From the NCBI RefSeq assembly GCF_037042905.1, contig NC_087260.1:23436001-23500000 (forward strand): a stretch of 64,000 nucleotides of DNA. Reading direction: 5' to 3'. Below, piece after piece: positions 1 to 11,134 of the stretch. Made by a program: the position numbers and the translations under genes. Each line of letters starts with the position of its first letter. Position 1 is the stretch's first letter. The DNA comes from Lytechinus pictus (Eukaryota). A model generated the notes under the pieces. That model saw nothing but the letters and a program-made list of their open reading frames with translations. It ran no database searches and was not told the DNA's origin.

Positions 1-1010
1 AAATTCTAAGCACTTTTTGTAATCGTGAAAAGGATAAGTATATAACTTAACAATTGATGCGATCGCGAAGCGCGAGCGAAAAAATCTGGACACTCTATTC
101 ATGTTTTGTAAATCATGAAAAGGGATGAGTAATTGGAAATTTCCCTACATTAATAATGCGAGCGCAAAGCGCGAGCAGACAATTTTTTATATTGTGATCT
201 TAAACTGGATAATGATTTAAATAGAGAAGAATCTGCGGATCTGAATAAACGCGTGTTTCAGATTTCGACCTAGTATGTATTCTTAATACCTTTCTTATCA
301 TGAAACTCAATAAAGCGAGTGCAAAGCGCGAGCTAAAAATATATGATATTCCCATCTAAAAAGGGTCAATTTAAGCTCTGTATTTCAAGCACTTTGTGGG
401 AAAATTGTGAGGTGGATAAGGAACATTAAAAAAAGAGCTGATATGTTTCATTAATATTACTTTGAGTCTTTATATAGGACCGGGACATTTTATAGGGACA
501 TTATGTCATCATATGAAAATGATGACTATCTTCCTATTTCTCTTCCTAAGCATTAAAGCGCGAAATCTGTTAATATTATGGCCTGAAAACTGGACGTTTA
601 AAGCACTTTTGTAATTATGATTAAGATGCATGATGAAATATCTTTCAACAATCAATGCGAGCGGAAATCGCGAGCCGAAATGTTTGATAAACTGTTATCA
701 AAATTGGGGATTTTGTGTTGTGAGGTGGATGTTTTGTATATTGAATTCAAAATTTGATATTCTAAGCTCCATATTGAGCAAGATATGTAAATCACCTACA
801 AGGCAATACGAGCGCGAAGCGCGAGCGAAAATTTTATATCACGACATGAAAGATTTTTTGTTATTATTTTCCAAGTCCTCCCCTCATCTTATTTTATTCA
901 CTCGTCTTCCTCCTCTTATGTTTCCCTTTTTCTCCTCTCTTTTCCCTTCTTTATCTTTTTTTTTCTTTCTTTCCCCTTTTTTTTTTGCTCCGCCAATAGG
1001 GGGATCCGCC
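1..1010. repeat. Degenerate minisatellite-like repeat element with recurring GCGAGCGCGAAGCGCGAGC core (right part of a probable non-autonomous DNA element)
   Basis: The core recurs near 58, 157, 316, 657 and 808 within degenerate ~100-bp units. The block ends in ...GGGGGATCCGCCT (~1008). The same family recurs at ~4944-5710, starting CAGGGACGGATCC. Confidence 0.6.
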
Positions 1011-1379
1011 TATGTACTATTACTACTACTTCTACTAAATGAAAATGGCATACAGATGGGGCCTATGGGCCCGCTAGAGTTTCATGACCAAAATAAAGGA
1101 GAGAAAGAAGATGAAGAGAAAATGATGATCTTGTTCTCAGCATACATAATGTGAAAATCAAACACAAAATTCGATTTTTGTATTGAAAATAAAAAAGTAT
1201 ATATTTTTGCTCTAAGCCCGACAAACGACCCTTTAATTGAATGCGGGAATCACTACATCAATAGGCTCTTCATATATCTATACAGCTGCATATTATGCCA
1301 TGCTAAAAGATATAAAAGACGCTAGGACGGGATTCGCACACGCATGATTCTCTGATTACAAGCTGAGAGTATTAATAAT

Positions 1380-1570
1380 AATAATGATAATACCCAGGGT
1401 AGCCACTTCAGTTCCGAAAACTGTTCTCCCAGCGGGCCCTGCTATTATTATTACCCCAGCTAAACTAGGCTACCGATTCAGGTGCACACAGCTTTTTTAG
1501 GAACCCATTTTCCTCACCTGGGTCGAGTGCAGCACATTGTGGATGAATTCATTCCTGAAGGAAACTAGAG
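1380..1570 (-). mobile_element. SINE fragment (tRNA-derived family also at 10385-10870 and 26460-27222)
   Basis: Shares the blocks TATTATTACCCCAGCT, CCCATTT(T/A)CCT and GAGTGCAGCACA with the other copies. Confidence 0.6.
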
Positions 1571-1625
1571 TCAGAAACACTTCACCACACACACATCCAT
1601 AGGCCTATACACACAAACAAGCACC

Positions 1626-1627
1626 CC

Positions 1628-1665
<38 letters not shown>
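1626..1665. repeat. (CA)n microsatellite
   Basis: Direct reading. Confidence 0.9.
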
Positions 1666-1667
<2 letters not shown>

Positions 1668-1692
1668 ATATAGGCTACATTTTATTGCATAC

Positions 1693-3660
1693 TCATGATT
1701 TTCCAGTTCTAGGAGGTTTTTGATGAACGTATTTTCATCATCAGAAAAGATGGAAGGAACATCTCCTCCGTAGGTGTCTCGGCAGATCTTTCTCGAATCT
1801 TCCACTATGGCATTTTTCTCTGGATGGACGTGGTAGCAGAACCCGGTATGTGGACTCAGGGAGCCTGAAGAGCAAAATGTTCCGCCTAGAATAAAAAAAA
1901 ATCAAGAATTACACAAAAGTTATTAGGGGTTTCTTTTTGGGAGGGGGCTGCTCGCGTGTGACGTCACAAATTAAATAATCTTTTTTTTTAAATCATATGT
2001 CGTTTGATATTTTATTGATGTTCATCAAACCTTCGCCAAATATGATCTCTACTTATATTATTTAAATTGACTAATCGTCAAAAGTGTGATATTTCCCTTT
2101 AAACCTGGTAGATTCCATGTACTATTCAAGACACACACCTGGCTGAAAATATCATGATTAGAAAAAAATCAGACAAACGAAACACTGAAAACTCCTACAG
2201 GGCTCTGTACAATCGGACAATGAATAACAAAGTAATGACATATAGAGCATTCTATTGTTTCTATGCACGGATGTCTTCATAAATTATTCAAAGTCATATC
2301 CCTACATATTCTTTTGTATTTTCTTTAATGTAATTATTAAAAAATTTGCACACCAAGCATGAAAAAATGACAGCTTATTTAACATTAAGATAATCATTGC
2401 TGCAACTTTTTTTTCCAAGTGAGGTAAATCATTTATTCATTTATTTTTTTTATCTATCTATCTATTTATCTAGCTATCTATTTATTCATTTATTTCACAA
2501 ATTAAAAAAGAGTAGACCAATCAGCGCAAACTTTTGTATTCTATTAGGGCACTTTAAAAAATACAATGCAAATATACAGATATATACAAAGAGAGTAGAC
2601 TTCAACTAGATAATTATGTATACAATAGATTTATTAAAAATGTTACAGAATAGAATATGTCTTTATTATTTATTTATTTGTTTATTTATTCATTTTATTT
2701 ATTTATCTATCTATCTATTTATTTCACATACACGTATGAAAAATATAAAATGATTATGATATCATGCAAAAACATGAAAAAGGAAGGGATGGACATCAGT
2801 CATCAGCCCGCCAAATGGAACTTTGGGTCGGCGGCATGTACATGTAACTGTTTAAAAAAAATAATGCTAAAGTTTAAAATGTAATTACTTCTTTAAATTT
2901 TCACCGTTTTGCTTGATGAATTATATATATTAATCTAGGCAAAATTATTTTAGCCCAGAGTATGCAGCTTGTTGTAAACTTTAAAAAGACTTTGTTAAAA
3001 AACAAAATTTCTTTGCATACTTCTTATATTCAAATTGACTTGTATATATAGACCCTAGATCATTTTTTAAACCACCATTGGATTGTTTTCAATGTAATAA
3101 ATTTATCCACACACATTTTAAAACAATCTCGGAACAAAATATGTTTTCAACATATTTTGTTCCGAGATTCTGTGTGGAGAAATTTATTACATTGAAAACA
3201 ATATAATGGTGGCTTAAAGATGAACTAGGGTCTACAAGTCAATTTATATAAAAAGTATGTAAACAAATTGTTGTCAGTTTAGTCATATTTATTAAAGAAA
3301 AAAGGATATTCGTTACCATGAGCTCTGCATGTACATTCTTGATGAGAAATTAGATGCTTATTTTCCACAGCAGCCTCTTCCATTTCTGAAGTCATATTTG
3401 TTTTATCATGTATGACAGTTCTCTCTCCCTCTCTTTTCTTTCTTTCTTTCTTTCTCACTTTTTCCAATTCTCCCCCTATTTTATCGCGCCTTTGGCATTT
3501 TCTTTTTTTCTTTTTTGCAAAGTGGAAATGGCGCTATTATACTAACATTATTATTGTCATAAAATAAAGACTAGATGCAAATAGTCATGTACTTACTGAC
3601 ATTCTTGTTGGTTAAAATTGCTCCCCAAATGAGAATAGTGATACACGCAATTGCTCTCAT
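1693..3660 (-). CDS. Secreted C-type lectin domain protein, 5' part (continues left, probably out of the window)
   Basis: Exon 3660-3597 encodes MRAIACITILIWGAILTNKNV (signal-peptide-like) and ends in a phase-1 GTAAGT donor. Exon 1885-1693 has a TTTTTTTATTCTAG acceptor and a GTATGC donor and continues in frame: SGTFCSSGSLSPHTGFCYHVHPEKNAIVEDSRKICRDTYGGDVPSIFSDDENTFIKNLL. This matches the CTLD N-terminal pattern C..G...CY...C...GG.L.SI.S..EN.FI. Confidence 0.75.
3001..3272. repeat. Foldback / long palindrome (degenerate MITE)
   Basis: The arms pair around ~3146, e.g. AATCTCGGAACAAAATATGTT / AACATATTTTGTTCCGAGATT and TAGACCCTAG / CTAGGGTCTA. Confidence 0.7.
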
Positions 3661-4278
3661 CTTCTTTTCCGATGATTCTTACTCAAATTAAATGATCTTC
3701 ATTGCTTGATACTAAACGATGTAGAGCAAAGATTAAATTGATGTCCATTCTCTTTGTGGTTGTGAGTTGAATAATGAACATCCTTTTCCATCGTTTAGCT
3801 CACTCGCATATCCCATCATGACCCTGTATCACAAAAGTTTGTGATCAATAGCAACTTGGAAGTAATTCTTCTGGTTGGTTTTCGGTTTGCCGAAGAGATC
3901 TTGATTAGCCATTCCTATTTTATGATAAATCGAGAGAGAGAAAAATATTGTGTAACATGACCCTGATATTCGCATCGGAGTATAATGAAATTTGTTTCGA
4001 TTGTGTTGTTATGGCGACAGGGTAAACATAATGGATTTATTGCAAAATTGCGACGAAAGATCGAAGTGAATAGATCGAAGAAACATTGATTAACCTTCCA
4101 GATAATAGCAATAACTGTGAAAAGCCGAATCCATGGCTTATGGAAAGAGCTAAGGAAACGTAAAGAAATGAAGTCTAAGGGGTTGAAAAGATTTTGGCAA
4201 AAGAAAATGGAAAATTAATCTATCAGTACACATCTAAAAGGAAGATATAGCCTAAGTTTCCTGAAAATGGTTGTTGAT

Positions 4279-4427
4279 NNNNNNNNNNNNNNNNNNNNNN
4301 NNNNNNNNNNNNNNNNNNNNNNNNNNNNNNNNNNNNNNNNNNNNNNNNNNNNNNNNNNNNNNNNNNNNNNNNNNNNNNNNNNNNNNNNNNNNNNNNNNNN
4401 NNNNNNNNNNNNNNNNNNNNNNNNNNN
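4279..4427. other. Assembly gap (N run)
   Basis: N characters. Confidence 1.
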
Positions 4428-4943
4428 AGGCCTCATTACTCAAATATACTGTCTCTCAAATGTATATGGTTTAATGGCTATTTTCCATTGCCATCTATAT
4501 ATTCTGTACATTTATTTTTTTTCTTTGCTAAATAAAATGATTCCCGTTTGAAATAATAAGAAACTTAAAAGAAAACGAAAAATCCTTCATAAAACATATT
4601 TCATGAATAAAACAAATCTTTAAACATTCTTGCCTTTTTTCCCTTGAACTTCTAAACCACTCATGTTTTGAGATAGCCGAAGAAAGCGCGTTGGGAGGTT
4701 TTTATATTATTAATATCGACCAGTTTTAATGATCTTTGTCATCCATCGATCCAAAAAGCATGAGAACGCAACATCTGCCCATTTTTTTAATTTATATTTT
4801 TTGACTTATAACATGTCTATATTATGAAAGGACAAGGCCTTTTACTTACTTTTTTTATCGTCGGCTACTCAAATCTACAAAAAGCATGGGCGTCAGCTTG
4901 GAGGGGGGACACAACAAAAATTATATTCAATTATATTGTTATA

Positions 4944-5710
4944 GCAGGGACGGATCCAACTTTCTCCAATGGGGTGGGTGGAAAAATATTTTCATCATTT
5001 TTTTTCCAGATCGGCTGATTTAAAGCTGTTTGTTGTTGGAGTTTGAAGGGGTATTCCAATAAAAGACCTAAATAAATAGTGCGGGGGAGAAGCGCAAGCT
5101 AGTGATTGACCTGAAGATTAACAATTCTGAGAAGGTTTTGTAATCATAAACAAGACTATGCGAACAGTAAAAATGAGTGCGAAGCGCACGAGCTGATATT
5201 TTTAAATATATAGGCTTCTGACCGGAAAGGGACCTGCTAAGGATCTTTTGCAGTGACTCATGTAGGTGATATATATCTCACCTATCCTTTAATGCGAGCG
5301 CAAAACGCCAGCTGAATGTTTTGACATTCCGACTAGAAAACAGGGAATTCTAAGCACTAGTTTTGTTATTATGAGCAGAATAAGTATCTAACTAAACAAT
5401 AAATACGAGCGCGAAGCGCCATGGCCCTCAAGTGGTGGTGCTGAAGCACCCAAAGATTTTCCTGAGGGGTGCGGCGTGTATTCTTCTCCATAGGCAAGCA
5501 CCCCCGGTAATTCAGGAAGGTGTAGAAAAATGAAGAAATGTAACCAAAATGACATTCATTTTGTGGTGAATTTTTTTCTCATTTTGCTTTTCAAATTTAC
5601 ACAAATTATACTCCCAGTAAAAAAAATTCCCAGTGCCCTGCGAAGCGCGAACTATATTTTTTTAATGTACTGACCTGAAAAGGGTCCTAAAGAGGATAGG
5701 CCCTACATAT
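4944..5710. repeat. Second copy of the GCGAGCGCGAAGCGC repeat family, interrupted by a MITE
   Basis: Cores near 5176, 5293 and 5406/5641. Confidence 0.55.
5420..5640. mobile_element. hAT-like MITE, 8-bp TSD
   Basis: Termini CATGGC...GCCCTG flanked by CGAAGCGC at 5412-5419 and 5641-5648. Confidence 0.7.
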
Positions 5711-6389
5711 ATATATCCCACCGATCAATAAATTTTTACTTAGGCCTATAATGGCACTGAAATGAGCTGTTTGTCTTTAAAGAAAATTATGAAGTGGATA
5801 CGTATAAAAATGCATGAATTATTCGAAAGCAAAATGCTATCTGAAATTTTGGAGATAGAGATACGTAATCGAATTACGTACATGAATCCGAAACTTGGGG
5901 GAAGGGGCATGGCCTATAGTGTCCCACACCCTTATTTTTTATTATTATTTTTTTTTTTTTGGGGGGGGGGGGACTTGTTCCCATCCAGTCTCTCTGAAGA
6001 CGCCCGTGACAAAGAAACTGAGAGTGAGAGGCCGGGGGCTAATTTGAAAGAAATTGTGTGTGTGTGGTAATGGTGTGTATATGAGCAGATCCAAATATGG
6101 GGTGGGGTTTTGTCCCCTGCCCCTGCCAAAATGAATAGAGAAAGAAATGATGAGATAAAATAGGTCCTGCTGCTAACTCATGCACCCCTGAAAGAAAGAG
6201 CCAGGGTTAGTGAAGGAATGATCCGGGGACAAAGGAGAACATTTAGCGTCCTTGCATATCCCCCAAAAGGTAAAGGTAAAACCTGTAAAAATCTCCTCGA
6301 GCATAGGGACCCCCGTTTTTTTTTTTTTTTTTCATTGCTACTCAACAGAAATATCAAAGTCTAACTCACAGACTATGACACAAGGAAAA

Positions 6390-6490
6390 AATTGACCAAT
6401 CAACGTTCGCGATTCGCGACGTGTCATCAAACAAAACATCCGCAGCATGCAGCTAGCTGCTGAACTGACGCGTCAAATTTGAATCGTGCC
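6390..6490 (+). promoter_or_regulatory. Putative cyclin B3 promoter: NF-Y CCAAT box plus CDE/CHR-like tandem
   Basis: GACCAATCA (CCAAT at 6396-6400), palindrome TGACGCGTCA at 6466-6475, and CGCGT-4nt-TTTGAA (CHR at 6478-6483). The region is CpG-rich and is followed by donor-like sites at 6550 and 6581. Confidence 0.6.
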
Positions 6491-6580
6491 AAAATTTAGT
6501 GAAAATTTCGGCCGTATGTGATGATGGCTCTACTCTGATTAAGGAGAAAGTAAGCTCAAATTGACACCCACATTCTGGAG
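6490..6580 (+). other. Putative non-coding exon 1 of cyclin B3
   Basis: Lies downstream of the promoter motifs and ends at GAG|GTAAAT (6581). The ATG-containing exon starts at acceptor TTGTTACAG|11011, so an upstream exon is required. Confidence 0.5.
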
Positions 6581-6972
6581 GTAAATATATTTATTTGTTT
6601 AAATGGTATTTTTCATTAAATTCATCGCACAAATTTGGAAAAGTGAGTGAGTTAATGCAACTGGCAACTGCACTGGCATGGTGCGTGTTAACTGTTAATA
6701 CAAATGGGGGTGTGCTGAACTGCGCGGTATACTATGAGACTATGAATGAATGAATGAATGAATGAATTAATTGAACGGGGGGGGGGTGACTAAAGTACCG
6801 TATATCGACATCGTGCAGGCATGCATTCAAATTCAACAACATCGTCATCAGTCAATTGGCATTCCTCAGATCAGCTTGCGCGGCTTCATCATGTTGTTTA
6901 AACTTTAATGTTAGCAAATTCTATTGAAAGATGAAAAATGTTGTAAGCAAATTAAAAAAGCAGGTCGATAAT

Positions 6973-7484
6973 TAACCCAGGGGCAGGGTCAGGGAGCTCC
7001 CGTCCGCGCAGCGGGCGGGAGCCCAGGCCAGGGGCTTACCGTGTATTTTACCATACTCACAGTCACGGGACTAGGGTGATTTATGGTCTAAATATTTCTC
7101 CAAATGAATTGTGAAAACAGAAATTATGCACTTACCACGATTATATGGATGAAGGTCTAACGAGTGGCAGTTTCCTGACATCTGGGCACAAACTGGAAAA
7201 GTTCTCTCCTTCTACCCCAGTCTCGATCGGCCATTTTGTTACAATTCATAACAAAAATGGCCGATCGAGACGGGGGTAGAAGGAGATAACTTTTCGTTTT
7301 TTGAGGTTCCAGTCTGTGCCCAGATGTCAGGAAACTGCCACTCGTTAGACCTTCATCCATATAATCGTGGTAAGTGCATAATTTCTGTTTTCACAATTCA
7401 TTTGGAGAAATATTTAGACCATAAATCACCCTAGTCCCGTGAGTATGGTAAAATACACGGTAAGCCCCTGGGCTCCCTGGGTTA
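6973..7484. mobile_element. 512-bp foldback non-autonomous DNA transposon, 9-bp TSD (Mutator- or AcademH-type)
   Basis: Termini TAACCCAGGG...CCCTGGGTTA, near-perfect arms of ~200 bp, and TSD GTCGATAAT at 6964-6972 and 7485-7493. Confidence 0.9.
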
Positions 7485-8454
7485 GTCGATAATTAGACAG
7501 GAATAACCGTCGTTTCTGGGGATTTATAAATTTTAATTTATATAACAATTTCTGACATTTTACTATCATCCCCATTTTATGATTGGTGAGTGAGCCAACG
7601 CAGTTCAGCAGAACAACCAAAATACAGAGACTGAAGCTTTTGGTCTAGTCGATAATAATGAGTTTCGCACAGGCCGACTTCAATTCAACTGTATTCTGCT
7701 TCCCCACCACTTTGCCTAAGCATGCCTAGAATATATCTAGCCCTCGGGCCTAGACAGCCGGCAGCCGTCTGTTTCAAGAAGTTTTTTAAAAGAAATTATT
7801 TCTCCTCGTACACAGACGGCTGAGCTGGCTCACGATCGTGGAGCCGCCAATAGGGGGCAAAATGCAAAAAAATTCCCCCGACGGAGCTCATCGATTTTTG
7901 TCTTTATTTCATAAAAAATATATAAAAAGAACTGGACCAAAATAAAGATTATTACATGTACGGTCTATTCGTTTTTGGCCTGCAATGCACCAAAACGGAA
8001 AAAAATAAACTTAAATAAAGGACAAAAAACAGTGACTTCACTTCCCTGGTTTATCTGAACTTAAGTCATAATACATAAACATACAGTTGTGTGGCCATTG
8101 AGTCCCTGTACAGAACGAGTTAGAACTTTGGTCTCTGTAATTGATGAGTGGAGCCAACGGAGTTTAGCAGAACAACCAATAAAACAGCTAGACCGAAGCT
8201 TTTGGTCTACATTTTACCTTGCTTGAGGACTCTGTGATTATATTTTATATTGATATATAATGCGTATGAAGGGGTTAAAAATATGTTAGTGTAAATATAT
8301 CAAAAATGAGAGGTTTCTTACCAGACCGATCTCATGTAGATCCCTTGATCCATTCGTAAACACCACAAATACAATAGGCTTGACCCTTGAACCACTTCGT
8401 TATGACGTAGCTTCGATAAGCGACGTTACAAAATGCTGTTTTGAAGAATTTTAC

Positions 8455-8581
8455 AAATTATTATTTAACAAATAATGAAATTTGAAACTTTATTATAAAT
8501 AGATATTATTATAAAAATAATAATTAATAATTATTTATAAATATAATCAAGTTTCAAATATTATTTGTTAAATAATAATTT
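8455..8581. repeat. AT-rich inverted repeat
   Basis: AAATTATTATTTAACAAATAAT pairs with ATTATTTGTTAAATAATAATTT. Confidence 0.6.
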
Positions 8582-8751
8582 TTATCTATAAATTAGGAGT
8601 CTTCAAGGCTACCCACCACTGCCACCAGATTCTGACTTCAGTAACAAAGTTAGAGGTGCTGGTCAGAAAATTGGGATCGTCCCAGTTTACAAGGACTGTC
8701 TCAGTTTTTCAAAGTTTTCTCCACACAAGAAATTTAGGAAAGTTCATTCAC

Positions 8752-10180
8752 CAGGGCCTGACCTTTACTTTTTTCTTAGGGAGCCAGCCGGGCTCCTCAA
8801 GCACTTTTTTAGGGAGCCCGCATGGGTTTTAAGGAGCCCAAGTTTATCCCTTTTTTTTGCATAATACTGGTCATTACCTATTAAAATATTGAAGCACACC
8901 ATCACGATTCTTTTTTGTTTAATAATCATCAGCACCAGTTGTATTTATTCAGGGTAAATCAGATTTTGACACCCCAACACACTTAGACACCGGTCACAAA
9001 CACATAAGTCAATGACTTTTTTGTTCATTTTTAATGCCCCCCCCCCCCCTCAAAAAAAAAAATTAAATTAAAAAAAGGAAATAAATTAAATACATAAACA
9101 AAATTGATTTTTTTTCATGCTGAATCATGGATGTGGGTTGGTGTGTGTTTGTGTGGGTGTGACTGTGCGGTGGACTTGGATATACATGTATATGTTAAAG
9201 AAATTAATTCATCATCTAATTTCTACTCCAAATATTGTGTTTATATCAGTACAAAAACCACACAGGCTAAGTATGTCACATGTAGGCACATGTTACATGT
9301 ACATGCATGTACCCTAACTTTTCCTGCAGTTCTTTGAAAACGCAGATCTCCACGAAAATTGCATTTTTCTATGGGGGAGTCTAAATTTGGTGTAAAAGTA
9401 TTCATCAATAACTTAAATATATATCACGATGAAGAAACCATCCAACTTTATTGGTAGTTTAAAAAAAAAACCTGAAATGTAAACTCTATCTGAAACAGAA
9501 AATCACCATCATTGAGGCCTTTACTGACGGAATTGTCCCCCAGAGCTCAGGCAGAGAGAGAGAGCTCCGACTTGCACAAGTGTCAGTGCGTGCGTGAGAA
9601 AAATCCGGCGTCCTCCTAAAATCAGATGTTGCCATGTTTGATGATTTACTGTCTGATATTTACCCTCTCCCTTGAAAAAATGAAACAAATAATTTTTCAG
9701 GAATAATTCACTACCGAGGTAAGTTATTTTGGATGTTAATAGGCGCCCTTTTGACAAGCAGAGCCGAAGTCTACATGACACAGAATCGTGATATCCCTAA
9801 GGGAAATGTATGCATTGGAAATTACACACGGCGTAAATGATAATGGACCCCTGTACATGCAACTGTTTCTCGCACCGGTGTAGCCCGATTCTTTTTTCCA
9901 TAGGTACCATGTGTGTGGAAAAACGTGGTACAGAAAAAAAGACGCAGCTAAGCAATTTGAAACTCGCTATTTTCGCTATTTTCAAGGTTTTTTATGATTT
10001 TGAAAACATAATTTAGACTTATAAAGCTTGGATTAGTGTGCTGGTAAGAAATTGCTTTTTTGGTGGCTGGTACTAGAAAATCTTAGGGAGCCCACCGGGC
10101 TTTTTCAATTACTTTCTAAGGAGCCCGCAGAGGTTTTAGGGAGCCTTTTGCCACCGGGCTCCCGCTAAAATCGAGCCCTG
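8752..10180. mobile_element. hAT-like non-autonomous element with apparent 5-bp TSD
   Basis: Termini CAGGGC...GCCCTG, TTCAC on both flanks (8747-8751 and 10181-10185), and subterminal (T)AGGGAGCCC repeats at both ends. Confidence 0.65.
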
Positions 10181-10204
10181 TTCACTTGTAGATCTCTAGA
10201 GGCC

Positions 10205-10260
10205 CAACCCAGGGAGCTCCGGCCTGCGAAAGAAGCGCCGGAGCTCCCTGGCCTGGGTTA
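10205..10260. mobile_element. Minimal hairpin derivative sharing termini with the 6973-7484 element
   Basis: AACCCAGGGAGCTCCGGC...GCCGGAGCTCCCTGGCCTGGGTTA; no TSD visible. Confidence 0.5.
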
Positions 10261-10472
10261 CTGTGTAGGCCTAGATCTAGACTAGTGTCAACTTGTAAGT
10301 GCCGACACCAACCAAGTGCGCAAGTCAATGTAAACATATCCGGTTTCAAAACTATAGATTATTTGAAGGCGGTAAATCATGAAAAACAGACAGGGTTGTG
10401 GGATTGAATCCCACCCATTGCATAATTTCCTTCAGTAAGATTTCAATCCACAGTGTGCTACAATCAACCCCG

Positions 10473-10780
10473 GGGGCCGTTTAATAAAGCTTTTCGTAAG
10501 TTAAGAGCGACTGGTGATCCCTTTTTGCGGTAAGTGGTATATTAAATTGGCGTTGGTTTAGAGCGTAAGAAGGGATCACCAGGGGTCCATTGCAGAAAGA
10601 GTTGCGTTTAAATGCAAGTCAAAAAATCAATCGCAAGTCCAAAATACGCACTGTTGATTGGATGAAAATTAAGTTGCGCATGATTTTTAGAGTTGCATTT
10701 GATTGCAACTCTTTCTGCAATGGGCCCCAGTCGTTCTTAAAGTCGCTCTTAACTTACGATTAGCTTTATGAAACACCCAC
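10473..10780. mobile_element. Harbinger-type MITE (outer), flanks CCG/CAG
   Basis: TIR GGGGCCGTTTAATAAAGCT..TCGTAAGTTAAGAGCGAC pairs with GTCGCTCTTAACTTACGA..AGCTTTATGAAACACCCAC. Confidence 0.75.
10583..10727. mobile_element. Harbinger-type MITE (inner), CAG TSD
   Basis: TIR GGGTCCATTGCAGAAAGAGTTGC pairs with GCAACTCTTTCTGCAATGGGCCC; CAG at 10580-10582 and 10728-10730. Confidence 0.85.
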
Positions 10781-11134
10781 CAGGTGAGGTAGATGGGTAC
10801 CCAGCAGGATTAATTCCTTGAATGCACCAAGTGTCTTTAGCAGCTCTAGAGAGCTAAATCCTGGGAAATATAGTGCGATTGGTCTTAGGGCTTTGGCCTG
10901 ATCAAGTTAAATTGCTGATCAATTTAGATGAAGAAGTGTGTGTTGGAGAACATAATTCTTAATCTCATAGAAGCTCATTTGATAATATATTTCTTATATT
11001 CTTGTTACAGCCTACTGCGTGGACCTGTACTAGTACATTTTAACATTGTTTGGGCAGTGCCTACGATAAACAAAGTGCATCGACCCAAACTGACTTTCGG
11101 GAAGTGATTTATTAATAACCATTTGCTGTTCATC

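Larger units (their letters stand above)
10385..10870 (+). mobile_element. SINE interrupted by two nested MITEs
   Basis: B-box-like GGATTGAATCCC head. The SINE body CACAGTGTGCTACAATCAACC resumes at 10781 as CAGGTGAGGTAGATGGGTACC. Confidence 0.7.

Noticed and set aside
1-870. CRISPR-like array (GCGAGCGCGAAGCGCGAGC repeats with spacers)
   Set aside because: Spacing is irregular, the intervening sequences are themselves degenerate repeats, the context is eukaryotic and there are no cas genes.
630-1154. 174-aa ORF
   Set aside because: Runs through repeat and low-complexity sequence, with no recognisable domain.
3317-3385. Extra phase-1/1 exon of the lectin gene (…HQECTCRAH)
   Set aside because: The acceptor lacks a polypyrimidine tract and the gene reads well without it. 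It cannot be excluded as a rare cassette.
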